DNA of 64,000 bases from NCBI GenBank assembly GCA_031414535.1, contig JANNVQ010000002.1:1-64000 (forward strand). The letters are read 5' to 3'. The translations under genes were made by a program, and so were the position numbers. The notes under the pieces were generated by a model. The model was not told the DNA's origin, did not search any database, and saw nothing but the letters and a program-made list of their open reading frames with translations. Below, piece by piece: positions 1 through 9,988 of this stretch (its first letter is position 1; every line of letters begins with the position of its first letter). The stretch is from Gemmatimonas sp. Its GTDB lineage: Bacteria; Gemmatimonadota; Gemmatimonadetes; Gemmatimonadales; Gemmatimonadaceae.

Positions 1-86
1 GGCTGGTAAGTGCTTGGACGTACGAGGTATGAGGGTTGCGGTGGGCTGTTGGGTTACCCAGCCGTAATCCGTCTTCCGTGCGATTC

Positions 87-1619
87 TCAGTGCCTAAACG
101 TCCTCTGCCCTGTGAACACCATCGCAATCCCATGCTCATCCGCCGCGGCGATTACCTCGTCGTCACGGACGCTGCCACCGGGTTGCACGATGGCCTGTAC
201 CCCTGCCACTGCGGCCTGGTCCACGCCGTCGCGGAAGGGGAAGAAGGCGTCCGAGCCGAGTGCGGATCCCTTGGGGTCGTGGTTCGCGATCTTCGCCTTG
301 TGCACGGCGAGGAAGGCGGCGTCCACACGGCTCATTTGGCCAGCGCCGATGCCGATGGTGGCACCGTCGCGGGCCAGGACGATGGCATTGGACTTCACGC
401 TGGCAACGGCCCGCCATGCGAAGAGCAAGTCCTTGAGTTCGGCGCTGGTGGGTTGCCGCTTGGTCATCACACGCCAGCCATAGTCGGTGAGGACAGCCGG
501 AGCCCGTTCCTGCACGAGGATGCCGCCGCGCACACCCTTCACATCCAGAGCGGTCCCCGTGACGCGCGCGGAGCCCTCGAGTACGCGAAGATTCTTTTTG
601 GCTCCGAGCATCACCAAAGCCTCGGGCGTGAACGCTGGTGCGATGATGCACTCCACGAACAACAACGACACGGCCTGCGCTGCGGCTTCATCAACAGGCA
701 CGCTGAACGCGATGACACTACCAAACGCCGAGACGGGATCGCAGGCCAGGGCCTTCTGATACGCTTCGAGGGCCGTGCGACCCGTGGCGAGTCCGCAGGG
801 CGTAGTGTGCTTGATGATGGCGCACGCGGTCTCCTCGCCAAAGGGATCGATGGCGAGCATCGCGCCTTCGAGGTCGAGCAGATTGTTGAAACTGAGCTCC
901 TTGCCGCCGTGCTGCTTGAGCGCGCCGAGGCCGGCACCGCTCTTCTCTACATAGAAGGCCGCAGCTTGGCCGGGATTCTCACCATATCGCAGGGTCTGCA
1001 CGCGCTCAAACGACATCGCGAGGTGCTCGGGGAATCGGTCGTCCCGCTGCGCGGCGAACCAACCGCTAATCGCGGCGTCGTAAGCGGCGGTGTGCGCGTA
1101 CACCTTCTCCGCCAGATCGCGGCGCATCTCAATGGCATCGCCGCCGTGCTGGAGCGCCTCTAGCACCCGGACGTAGTCGTTGGGATCCACCACCACGGTC
1201 ACCGCGGCGAAATTCTTTGCGGCCGAGCGCAGCATGGACGGACCACCGATGTCAATCTGCTCGATGACCTCTGCGGGCTCGAGTCCCTTTTTCGCGGCGG
1301 CTTCGCGGAAGGGATAGAGATTCACGCACACGAGGTCAATTGGCGCAATGTCATGCTGGGCAATGGCCGCCATGTGCTCGGGCAGGTCGCGCCGCGCGAG
1401 CAGGCCACCGTGCACGGCGGGGTGCAGTGTCTTCACGCGGCCGTCGAGCATCTCGGGGAACTTGGTCACGTCGCTCACGTCGGTGACGCTGAGCTTGGCC
1501 CCGCGCAGTGCCTTGGCGGTGCCGCCGGTGGACAGCAAGGTGTAGCCCAACGCGGTGAGTCCGCGCGCGAACTCCACCAAGCCGGTCTTATCGGAAACGG
1601 AAAGTAGGGCAGCAGGCAT
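87..1619 (-). CDS. purH: Bifunctional AICAR transformylase/IMP cyclohydrolase
   Basis: ALLSVSDKTG, GRVKTLHP, IDIGGPSMLRSAAKN, LRYGENP, SDAFFPF and C-terminal RTFRH motifs. Start is ATG 1619 or 1643 (the latter overlaps the purN stop). Confidence 0.97.
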   Translation of the reverse strand: MPAALLSVSDKTGLVEFARGLTALGYTLLSTGGTAKALRGAKLSVTDVSDVTKFPEMLDGRVKTLHPAVHGGLLARRDLPEHMAAIAQHDIAPIDLVCVNLYPFREAAAKKGLEPAEVIEQIDIGGPSMLRSAAKNFAAVTVVVDPNDYVRVLEALQHGGDAIEMRRDLAEKVYAHTAAYDAAISGWFAAQRDDRFPEHLAMSFERVQTLRYGENPGQAAAFYVEKSGAGLGALKQHGGKELSFNNLLDLEGAMLAIDPFGEETACAIIKHTTPCGLATGRTALEAYQKALACDPVSAFGSVIAFSVPVDEAAAQAVSLLFVECIIAPAFTPEALVMLGAKKNLRVLEGSARVTGTALDVKGVRGGILVQERAPAVLTDYGWRVMTKRQPTSAELKDLLFAWRAVASVKSNAIVLARDGATIGIGAGQMSRVDAAFLAVHKAKIANHDPKGSALGSDAFFPFRDGVDQAAVAGVQAIVQPGGSVRDDEVIAAADEHGIAMVFTGQRTFRH

Positions 1620-1642
1620 CAGGTTCTCTGGTTGGTCAGGCA

Positions 1643-2326
1643 TCAGCCGGCAAAAGGTTGCCGATTGATTGGGTTTGCATCGAATCTGTCAAAGTCGTTT
1701 AGGTCCGCACCGCGCACGCGCACGCGCCCGTCTGGCCCCAGCACGATGTGGCCGCTGGCCACGGCGCGTACGCAAAGCGGGTACAGCTTGTGCTCAACGG
1801 CAAGGACTCGCGCGGCGAGCGTGTCTGCGGTGTCGGTCGCGTGCACGGGCACTGGCCACTGCGCGATAATGGCACCCTCGTCGTAGTGCTCGGACACAAA
1901 ATGCACCGTCGGGCCGCTCACGCGTGCACCAGCGGCAATCACGGCAGCGTGCACCTTGGTCCCGTACATCCCTGGGCCGCCGAACGCGGGAAGCAGGGCG
2001 GGATGCACGTTGATCATTTTGCCAGCGAATGCGCGGACCACGTCCAAGGGAATCAGCTTCAGGTAACCCGCGAGCGCGATATGCGAGATGCCGTGCTCGC
2101 GGAGCGAGGCCGCGAGTGCCGCGCCCTGGTCCTTGGGCACATGCACCGCTGGCACACCCCAGGTCCGTGCGCGCTCAAGCGCGCCGGCTGCTTTGCGGTC
2201 GGACACAACGAGGGCGAGTTCCACACCCGCACGCGCGCCGTGCACGAGCAGGTCGTCGTAAATGGCCTGCAGATTGCTGCCGTTGCCCGATGCGAGCACT
2301 GCGAGCCGCGCTGGAGAGGATGTCAC
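1643..2326 (-). CDS. purN: Phosphoribosylglycinamide formyltransferase
   Basis: AVLASGNGSNLQA, LAGYL, NVHPALLPAFGG, GPTVHFV...YDEG motifs; adjacent to purH. Confidence 0.96.
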   Translation of the reverse strand: MTSSPARLAVLASGNGSNLQAIYDDLLVHGARAGVELALVVSDRKAAGALERARTWGVPAVHVPKDQGAALAASLREHGISHIALAGYLKLIPLDVVRAFAGKMINVHPALLPAFGGPGMYGTKVHAAVIAAGARVSGPTVHFVSEHYDEGAIIAQWPVPVHATDTADTLAARVLAVEHKLYPLCVRAVASGHIVLGPDGRVRVRGADLNDFDRFDANPINRQPFAG

Positions 2327-2335
2327 GGTCAGAAC

Positions 2336-2896
2336 TTACTGCGTGCGTGAGCGAAGTACGAGCGAGACGGCCGCATTCAGTGTGGACTCGACTTTCGCCT
2401 CTGCCGCTGCCCGCTCTTGATCTTCAGGGGGCGTATTGGCGCTCGGTACGAGAATGCCCAGGCCACCTAGCTCAAATGCGGGTGCCACATCCCGCCAACG
2501 ATCGCCAATGAACACTGAGCGCGCGGGATCAAGAGCGAAGCGCTCGATGGCCTCGCGGTAGAGCAGGGTGCCTGGCTTACGGCACTCGCATGGGCCGCTC
2601 ACGCTTGGCTCGTGCGGACAGTGGTAGCTCGCGTCCAGCGTGACGTTCTCAGCGGCTAAGAGGGCGTCGAGCTTTGCTCGGACGGCTTTATAGTCTGCAG
2701 CGCTCAGGAGGCCGCGTGCAATTCCGGACTGATTGGTGATTACCACCAGCGCGTAGCCAGCCGCGGCGAGGCGCCGCAACTCGGCGGGAACACCATCAAT
2801 GAGGCGCACCAGCGCAGGATCCCGCAGATAATGCGCGTCGTGAATCAGCGTGCCGTCGCGGTCGAGGAAGGCCGCCGGGCGGCATTCGAGCTTCAC
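2336..2896 (-). CDS. gmhB: HAD-IIIA phosphatase, D-glycero-D-manno-heptose 1,7-bisphosphate phosphatase-like
   Basis: FLDRDGTL, ITNQSGIARG, Zn motif CPH...CECRKP, IGD; GTGA overlap with the upstream gene. Confidence 0.85.
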   Translation of the reverse strand: MKLECRPAAFLDRDGTLIHDAHYLRDPALVRLIDGVPAELRRLAAAGYALVVITNQSGIARGLLSAADYKAVRAKLDALLAAENVTLDASYHCPHEPSVSGPCECRKPGTLLYREAIERFALDPARSVFIGDRWRDVAPAFELGGLGILVPSANTPPEDQERAAAEAKVESTLNAAVSLVLRSRTQ

Positions 2897-4329
2897 GGGC
2901 GGCGCGTCTCGCGAGTTGGCGGCGGCGTTGGTCTTGTTGCGGGTGTTGCCGGTGCCTTGGATGAGTCCGCAGGAGGCGCCGGCGGACGCACTCGGAACTC
3001 GCGCTCGCTATCGACCTCGCGTCCGTTGAGCCCAGGCGCACCGCGGATGCGAATGCGATAGCTGCCGGGTTCCAACGGTGCGCTGAGCAATGCGGACCAG
3101 CTTCGCTCGGGAACCTGGCGCCCGAACACAGGCGCTGGAGGAAGTGTGTCTCGACCAGAGCTGTCGGCGGCGGTCGTATCCGTGGCCGTCGTATCTGTTG
3201 CGGTTGTATCTGCTGCCGTAGTATCCGCGGCAGTCGTATCTGCGGCGGCGCTGTCAGCCTTTGATCTAACGCTCGGCCGCATCGGGGTGCTGTCGCTACG
3301 CGTAGAATCAGCCGCCGTGCTGTCCGCCGCCTTTGCTGCCCTCGCTGCGCTATCGAGCGCGGCGCGACGACGAATCGCCAGCGAGTCATAACGCGGCTGC
3401 GGGAGGAGCACGCTCTCGAGCGGAACTACGGACGAATCCGCCGCGAGCAAGCTTACGCCAGCTCCATCCCAATCCAACACGATACCGCGATCGAAGCGCA
3501 CACGGATGCCGGTGGAGTCCAGCGCTTCTACGTTCTCGATACGTGGGGCAATTGTGTCGCGCAAAAAGGCATAGAGCTCCAAGCTTGCGGTGTCGGCGAG
3601 GGCGACGCGTGCGGAATCCGATACCTCGCGGAACGAGATGCGGCGATCATTGTTCGCGTCAAGCCAAGCACGAACCTCATAGTTGCCGGCATTGAGGTCC
3701 CGCACCCGGAAGCGGCCAGCGGAGTCTACGCGAGCGGTCCAGCGAAACGTGCTGTCGCCTTCGCGATAGAGTTCGACGCGTGCGTTGACGGCCGCTCTTC
3801 CGGTGGTCCAATCGAAGAGTACGCCCCGCACTTCGCCGCTCGCGGTGCTCGGGCCGGTGGAGAACACGTAATCGAAGGCTTCGGACGTGCGATTGTTACG
3901 CAGGTCAGCGAGGCCAGGCGCGACGGTGACGCGGTAGGTGGTGTTGGGCCGGAAGCCCCGACGCGGGCGCAACTCGAGGATGTTGCGACGCCAAATCACC
4001 TCGTCGCGGCCATCGCTGGGCGAGAGCAGCAATACGGAAGCGAGTGAGCTCGTGTTTGCCGACGCCTGCGTTCCGGTGCCCGCAGAGCGCTCGCTGATCA
4101 CCTCGTCAAACTGCAACACGATGGCGGGCGTGCGTACGTTCACGGCGTTGGACTCGGGCAACACCTTCACGAGTACGGGCAGTTCGGTGTCCGGTGGTCC
4201 GCCCGGCGGTGCGCCCGGCTGCGCGCAGGCCACCGCAAGTGCCACCAGCGCGCTGGCCACCAGAAGCGTCACGCGATGCAGCAACTCGCGATGCCGCACT
4301 CCCGACTGCCTGCGCGCGGCTGCCGTCAT
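2893..4329 (-). CDS. Lipoprotein with Ig-like (Big_5) domain and D(S/T)-rich repeat linker
   Basis: Lipobox LAVAC followed by A-x4-PPGGPPD, FDE, 'LRPNTTY'-like RPNTTY and DLRNN, typical of FCB-group Big_5 proteins. ATG 4329 overlaps the valS stop (TGATG). Confidence 0.75.
   Translation of the reverse strand: MTAAARRQSGVRHRELLHRVTLLVASALVALAVACAQPGAPPGGPPDTELPVLVKVLPESNAVNVRTPAIVLQFDEVISERSAGTGTQASANTSSLASVLLLSPSDGRDEVIWRRNILELRPRRGFRPNTTYRVTVAPGLADLRNNRTSEAFDYVFSTGPSTASGEVRGVLFDWTTGRAAVNARVELYREGDSTFRWTARVDSAGRFRVRDLNAGNYEVRAWLDANNDRRISFREVSDSARVALADTASLELYAFLRDTIAPRIENVEALDSTGIRVRFDRGIVLDWDGAGVSLLAADSSVVPLESVLLPQPRYDSLAIRRRAALDSAARAAKAADSTAADSTRSDSTPMRPSVRSKADSAAADTTAADTTAADTTATDTTATDTTAADSSGRDTLPPAPVFGRQVPERSWSALLSAPLEPGSYRIRIRGAPGLNGREVDSEREFRVRPPAPPADSSKAPATPATRPTPPPTRETRRP
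3160..3260 (-). repeat. Imperfect 15-bp coding tandem repeat encoding (A/T)ADTT/ATDTT units
   Basis: Protein reads KADSAAADTTAADTTAADTTATDTTATDTTAADSS; GTATC recurs every 15 nt on the + strand. Confidence 0.85.
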
Positions 4330-7112
4330 CAGGACCCGAGCTCCGAAATCTTCTGCTGCATCTGCGATACGCGCGCTGCCCACTCCTGCTCCTTCGCGCG
4401 CTCGGCTTCTACCACCGCCGGCGGTGCTTTGGCCGTGAACTTTTCGTTGGACAGACGGCCGCGCAGCGCGTCGAGTTGCTTGCTCAAGTTCTCGACCTCT
4501 GCGTTCAAACGCGCCTTTTCCTTGCCGAGGTCCACCATGCCGGCCAGAGGAAGCGTGAGCTCGAGCTTGCTGGCCAATACGGCGTGCGCCGCGGCGCCGC
4601 TGGGTGCGGCATCGGTGGAGAGTTCGCAACGCGCGAGGCGACTCACCAAGGCTTGGCTGGCGATGAGCGCATCCATTTCCGCGCTGCTCGCGGCCCCGCG
4701 AGATACGAATGCTTTGATGGGTGAGCCCGGCTGTACACCGTACTCCGCTCGCAATCCGCGAATGGCATCAATCGCCTCGCGCACCGCATCAAAGGCAACG
4801 CCGGCATCGGCTCCGGCGGCACGCTGCTGCGGCCAGGGCGCGAGGGCAAGGAACTGCCCTGATGCCTGCGCGGGCAGTCGCTGCCAGAGCGACTCGGTCA
4901 CGAAGGGCATGATGGGGTGCAGGAGACGCAGGCCTTGGTCGAACACGTGCACCAATACCCTGCGCGCGGTCTCGCGGTCCGCGCCCGGCTGGGCGAGCCG
5001 CGGCTTCACGGCCTCCACGTACCAGTCCGCCAGCTCGTTCCACACAAATCGGCGCGCGGCCTCGGCGTAGGCGTCCAAGCGCATCCCACTCTGACGCTCA
5101 TTCTCCGGCCAATTGGCGGCCGTTGGGCGCGCGGGTCCCAATGCCGCATCGCACTCGGCGATGGCGGCATCGAGTCGGCCGAGTATCCAGCGGTCCTCGA
5201 GGCGCAGGGTAGAGGCGTCGCTGTCAGCAAAACGACCAATCGGCTCTTCGCCCACTTGGATGAGCAGGAAGCGCCCGATGTTCCAGAGCTTGGTGGCAAA
5301 GTTGCGGCCCGGCGCGAAGGACTTATCGAGGTCGTTGGGGTCGAGCATCACGTCCACGCCGAGACCCATGCCTTGGATCAGCGTCCAGCGCAGCGCGTCG
5401 GCGCCGTAGCGCTCCACGACGTCGAGCGGGTCTATTCCGTTACCTAGTGACTTACTCATTTTGCGGTGCTGCATATCGCGCACGGTGCCGTGCAGGTACA
5501 CCGTGTGGAATGGCGCGCGGCCGAGGAACTCGTAGCCCGACATGATCATGCGGGCCACCCAGAAGAACAGAATCTCCGGCGCCGTGACGAGCACATCGCT
5601 GGGGAAGAATGCCTTGAGGTCCTTCGCGTTCTCATTGGGCCAACCCATCGTGCTGATGGGCCAGAGCCAGGACGAGAACCAGGTGTCGAGCACGTCAGGG
5701 TCCTGCGAGACGATCTTCGCGCCGCAGGGCGAACCGCCCGCGGCGTGCGCGCACACCGACGGATCTTCGCGGTAGGCAAGCGCGTGGCCCAATTCGCAGG
5801 TGAACACCGGCACGCGATGTCCCCACCACAGCTGGCGCGAGATATTCCAGTCGCGAATGCCATCGAGCCAGTTGATGTACACCTTCTCCCACTTTTCGGG
5901 GAGCAGGCGGACTGTGCCGTCCTTTACGGCTTCCAAAGCCGGTGCCGCGAGCGGTGCCATGCGCACAAACCACTGATCGGAGAGACGCGGCTCCACGACC
6001 GTGTCGCAGCGATAGCAGCGGCGAATCGAATTCGCGTGCTTCTCAATCTTGACCAGCGCGCCCGAGGCCTCGAGCGCCTTCACAATCTTCTTGCGGGCGT
6101 CAAAGCGGTCGAGGCCCATGAACTCAGCCGGCACACGACCGGCGGCGTTCACCACTTCGCCCATCTTGCCCGAGGGATCAATAACCACGGGCATCTCGAG
6201 CTTATGGCGCTTGCCAACCTCGAAGTCATTGGCATCGTGCGCGGGCGTGATCTTCAGCGCTCCCGTTCCGAAATCCTTCTCCACATAGTCGTCGGCGATC
6301 ACCGGCATTTTGATGCCCGTGAGCGGGAGCAACACCTGCTTGCCCACGAGCGCGGCGTAGCGCTCGTCGTCCGGGTGCACGGCAATCGCCACGTCGGCGA
6401 GAATGGTCTCGGGACGCGTGGTCGCGATCGTGATGCCCTGCGAGGGGTCATCCGCCAAGGCGTAGCGCACGTAATGCAGGGCGCCTTCGCTGTCGTGGAA
6501 CTCGGCTTCTTCGTCGGAGAGGGAAGTCAGACAGCGCGGACACCAGTGAATCACGCGGTGGCCACGATACACGAGATCCTTCTCCCACAAGCGCACGAAG
6601 GCCTCGCGCACCGCAAGCGAGAGTTCGGGCGTAAGCGTGTAAGCCGTGCGAGAGAAATCCGCCGAGGCGCCAATGGACTTGAGTTGGTGGAGAATGACTC
6701 CGCCAGTCTCTTCCACGAACTGCTCGGTACGCTTCACGAAGGCCTCGCGGCCCAAGTCAAAGCGCGTCTTGCCTTCCTTGGCGATGATTTTCTCGACGAC
6801 GTTCTGCGTGGCGATGCCCGCGTGGTCAGTGCCAGGGAGCCAAAGCGCTTCATCGCCAGCCATGCGGCGCCAGCGGATCAGTACGTCTTGGACCGTGTTG
6901 TTGAGGCCGTGGCCCACATGCAGCACCGCCGTCACGTTGGGCGGCGGGATGAGCACGGTGAACGACTCGCGTGTGCCTCCCAAGGCCTTGGTGCGTTCCG
7001 GCCGTGCGCGGAAGATGCCATTCTCGTCCCACGCCTTGGTTAGCGCGGATTCGGCAGTGGCAAAATCGAAGTGGGTTGGGAAATCGGGCGTCTGGTCGGG
7101 CGTCTCAGGCAT
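4329..7112 (-). CDS. valS: Valyl-tRNA synthetase
   Basis: PPPNVT...HVGH (HIGH-like), GTDHAGIATQ, DWNISRQLWWGH, KMSKS and C-terminal coiled coil. Confidence 0.98.
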   Translation of the reverse strand: MPETPDQTPDFPTHFDFATAESALTKAWDENGIFRARPERTKALGGTRESFTVLIPPPNVTAVLHVGHGLNNTVQDVLIRWRRMAGDEALWLPGTDHAGIATQNVVEKIIAKEGKTRFDLGREAFVKRTEQFVEETGGVILHQLKSIGASADFSRTAYTLTPELSLAVREAFVRLWEKDLVYRGHRVIHWCPRCLTSLSDEEAEFHDSEGALHYVRYALADDPSQGITIATTRPETILADVAIAVHPDDERYAALVGKQVLLPLTGIKMPVIADDYVEKDFGTGALKITPAHDANDFEVGKRHKLEMPVVIDPSGKMGEVVNAAGRVPAEFMGLDRFDARKKIVKALEASGALVKIEKHANSIRRCYRCDTVVEPRLSDQWFVRMAPLAAPALEAVKDGTVRLLPEKWEKVYINWLDGIRDWNISRQLWWGHRVPVFTCELGHALAYREDPSVCAHAAGGSPCGAKIVSQDPDVLDTWFSSWLWPISTMGWPNENAKDLKAFFPSDVLVTAPEILFFWVARMIMSGYEFLGRAPFHTVYLHGTVRDMQHRKMSKSLGNGIDPLDVVERYGADALRWTLIQGMGLGVDVMLDPNDLDKSFAPGRNFATKLWNIGRFLLIQVGEEPIGRFADSDASTLRLEDRWILGRLDAAIAECDAALGPARPTAANWPENERQSGMRLDAYAEAARRFVWNELADWYVEAVKPRLAQPGADRETARRVLVHVFDQGLRLLHPIMPFVTESLWQRLPAQASGQFLALAPWPQQRAAGADAGVAFDAVREAIDAIRGLRAEYGVQPGSPIKAFVSRGAASSAEMDALIASQALVSRLARCELSTDAAPSGAAAHAVLASKLELTLPLAGMVDLGKEKARLNAEVENLSKQLDALRGRLSNEKFTAKAPPAVVEAERAKEQEWAARVSQMQQKISELGS

Positions 7113-7185
7113 CTATAAAAGATAGCCCGGAACCCAAGCCTCTCCTACCAGGGCAACGCCCGCCCGCGGCGGGCTGTGTCGGCGT

Positions 7186-7779
7186 CTAGCGGCGCGCCCG
7201 GACGCTCAGGTGCTGGCGCACTCGCGTCACGCCTGGGACGCCACGTGCGAGCGTCACCGCGTACGCCACCTCGCGCGGGCTACGCACGGAGCCGTACAGC
7301 AGCACGTCGCCATCGTCATCGGCTTCGATCTCCAGCGAACGCTCGGCTAGGATGGGATCGTTGATGAAGGCCTCGAGCACCCGCGAGCCAATCTGCGATT
7401 CGTCTTCGGAGCCTAGCTCCTCGTCGGCGAAGTCATCGCCGAAGTCTCCATCTGAGGGCGCTTCCGCCTCGGCGTATTCATCCGCGTCCTCGAACGCATC
7501 TTCGTCGAGCTCGAGCTCGTCAGGCGCGGCCCGCGAGGCCTTCCGTTCGTCCCATTGGTCCTTGAGTTCGAGGGCCAAGTCGAGCATCGGGCCCCACTGC
7601 CGCCCCGCGAGCGAAGCCAAGCCTCGGATGCGCTTGCCAATTTTTTTCATGTCCGGAGTCCGCCCGCGGTACTTCTCCGCAGCCAGCACCCCAAGCGTGA
7701 CGCCCACGGCCGAACCGGCGATGAGCCACAGCAGCCAACGATCGCTGCCCTCTTTGGATTCCACTTCAATGACGCGCAT
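7186..7779 (-). CDS. BON-domain membrane protein with acidic linker
   Basis: N-terminal TM (WLLWLIAGSAVGVTLGVLAA), D/E-rich middle, C-terminal 'GDVLLYGSV...LARGVPGVTRV' BON signature. Start uncertain (ATG 7779 preferred). Confidence 0.75.
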   Translation of the reverse strand: MRVIEVESKEGSDRWLLWLIAGSAVGVTLGVLAAEKYRGRTPDMKKIGKRIRGLASLAGRQWGPMLDLALELKDQWDERKASRAAPDELELDEDAFEDADEYAEAEAPSDGDFGDDFADEELGSEDESQIGSRVLEAFINDPILAERSLEIEADDDGDVLLYGSVRSPREVAYAVTLARGVPGVTRVRQHLSVRARR

Positions 7780-8008
7780 AGGGACGGAGTCGGGGTAATC
7801 GCGTGGCAATGACCGAGTGCCACTGCTAAGTTGCACTTATGGTTACCCCTCCGTCCACTGCAAGCGTTCCCTCCAAGCATTCCGAGGCGCCCCAGTCCTT
7901 GCGCGCCCTCGCCATCTGGCTCGTGTTCGGCGCGACCTTGGTGACGGGAATTGTGTTCGCCGTTCGTTTTTACGGCACGGTCCCCGTGATGATTGAGGAC
8001 CTGCTCCC

Positions 8009-9988
8009 ATGAGCGCCTCAGTGGAACTGTTGGTCCTGACGCTTCCAGATGGGAAGACGCGGGAAGTGCCCCCGGGCACCTTGGCTCGCGAGGTGGTGGC
8101 GAGCATCGGCCCTGGGCTGCTGAAGGCGGCCCTCGCGGTAGCCGTCAATGGTGAGATTCAAGATCTGATGACGCCCCTCCGCTCCGGTGGTGCCTTCCAG
8201 GTGCTCACGGACAAGGATCCGCGCGCGCTCGGCGTGTTGCGGCATTCGGGCGCGCACATCCTCGCGACGGCGGTCCGCCGTCTGCGCCCCGAGGCCAAGA
8301 TTGGCTTCGGCCCCGCGATTGACGATGGCTTCTACTACGACTTCGAGGTCGCCAAGCCGTTCACGCCTGAGGATCTCGAGGCCTTTGAAGCCGAGATGCA
8401 TAAGGTGGTGGCGGAGAAGTTTGCCTTCGTGCGCGCCGAGGTATCGCAAGAAGAGGCCAAGAAGGTTTTCGCGGACGATCCGCTCAAGCTCGAGCGACTT
8501 GAGGATTTTTCTGATCCCCGCGAGGTCATTTCCACGTACACGGATGGGCCCTTCGTGGACCTCTGCCGTGGACCGCACGTTCCTGACACCTCGTATCTCA
8601 AGCACTTCAAGCTGCTGAGCGCCGCCGGGGCCTATTGGCGCGGCGACGAGAAGCGGCAAATGCTGCAGCGCATCTACGCCACGGCCTTCTTCAAGAAGGA
8701 AGAGCTCGAGGCGCATCTGCATACCATGGAAGAGGCCAAGAAGCGCGATCACCGCGTGCTCGGGCGTCAGCTCGATCTCTTCCAGTTCTTCCCGCAGGCA
8801 CCCGGCGCGGCATTTTGGACGCCGCGCGGCACGGCCGTGTGGAATACGCTTGAGGCCTTCGTGCGCGAGCGTCAGCGCGACGAGTTCCTCGAGATTAAGA
8901 CGCCGCTCATGTACACCAAGAAGCTGTGGGAGCAGTCGGGGCACTGGGGCAAGTACCGCGAGAACATGTTCCTCGTGTGGGACAAGGAAGCGGCCGATCA
9001 CGGCGCGTCCACCGAGGATGCCTTGGCGATGTCGCTCAAGCCGATGAACTGCCCCTCGCACCATCTGTACTACGCGGCGAGCAAGCACTCGTACCGCGAG
9101 TTGCCCAAGCGCTTCGTGACCTTCGATGTGTTGCATCGCAACGAATTGAGCGGCGCCTTGTCTGGGCTCACGCGCGTGCGGCAGTTCTCGCAGGACGACT
9201 GCCACGTGTATCTGCGTGAGGATCAAATCGCTGACGAAGTGAAGTTCCTCACGGACTTCATTTTGTCGTACTACGACACCTTTGGGTTGACGGCCAAGCT
9301 CAAGTTCGCGACGCGTCCCGAGCAGCGGATTGGCTCCGACGAGTTGTGGGACCGCGCCGAGGCCGCCTTGCGCGCGGCGCTCGAGAGCACGGGGCGTCCG
9401 TATGAGTTGAAAGAGGGCGATGGAGCCTTCTATGGCCCCAAGATTGACTTTGATGTGACCGATTCCATCGGGCGCGCCTGGCAACTGGGTACCATCCAGC
9501 TCGATTACAACGCGCCCGAGCGCTTTGACCTCGCGTATATGGGCGAGGACAACGCGGCGCATCGTCCGGTGGTGATTCACCGAGCGGTGAGCGGCAGCTT
9601 TGAGCGATTCCTCGCCATCTTGATTGAGCACTTTGCGGGCGCCTTCCCGGTATGGCTCGCCCCTGAGCAGGTGCGGGTGTTGCCGATCTCAGACGACGTG
9701 ACGGGGTATGCACAAGAGGTCACCGCGAAACTTCGCGCGGCCGGTGTCCGTGCTGTCTGCGACGATCGCAGCGACACGCTCAACTATCGGATTCGGGACG
9801 GTGAGGTCATGAAGGTGCCCTACATGATTGTCTGCGGAAAGCGCGAGGCTGAGGCGGGGCAGGTGGCCGTGCGCGTACGTGGGACCGGCAAGAAGCAAGA
9901 CGTGGTGAGTGTGGAAGACTTCCTCGCGCGCGTCACGCATGAGATTCGCACGCGTGCGTTGACGCCCATGGCCACGAGCGACGTATGA
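8009..9988 (+). CDS. thrS: Threonyl-tRNA synthetase
   Basis: TGS domain, RHSGAH, DLCRGPH, KPMNCP, GAFYGPKID, IHRA and anticodon-binding domain. Confidence 0.98.
   Translation: MSASVELLVLTLPDGKTREVPPGTLAREVVASIGPGLLKAALAVAVNGEIQDLMTPLRSGGAFQVLTDKDPRALGVLRHSGAHILATAVRRLRPEAKIGFGPAIDDGFYYDFEVAKPFTPEDLEAFEAEMHKVVAEKFAFVRAEVSQEEAKKVFADDPLKLERLEDFSDPREVISTYTDGPFVDLCRGPHVPDTSYLKHFKLLSAAGAYWRGDEKRQMLQRIYATAFFKKEELEAHLHTMEEAKKRDHRVLGRQLDLFQFFPQAPGAAFWTPRGTAVWNTLEAFVRERQRDEFLEIKTPLMYTKKLWEQSGHWGKYRENMFLVWDKEAADHGASTEDALAMSLKPMNCPSHHLYYAASKHSYRELPKRFVTFDVLHRNELSGALSGLTRVRQFSQDDCHVYLREDQIADEVKFLTDFILSYYDTFGLTAKLKFATRPEQRIGSDELWDRAEAALRAALESTGRPYELKEGDGAFYGPKIDFDVTDSIGRAWQLGTIQLDYNAPERFDLAYMGEDNAAHRPVVIHRAVSGSFERFLAILIEHFAGAFPVWLAPEQVRVLPISDDVTGYAQEVTAKLRAAGVRAVCDDRSDTLNYRIRDGEVMKVPYMIVCGKREAEAGQVAVRVRGTGKKQDVVSVEDFLARVTHEIRTRALTPMATSDV

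Noticed and set aside
7840..8008. T-box or attenuator upstream of thrS
   Set aside because: No T-box consensus or Thr-rich leader peptide is visible; the region is short and shared with a divergent gene.
8018..9631. 537-aa antisense ORF over thrS (also 5466-7043, 14088-15197, 23575-25020, 27230-29182, 38921-40396)
   Set aside because: Shadow ORFs opposite well-supported genes; expected from high-GC codon bias; no motifs.
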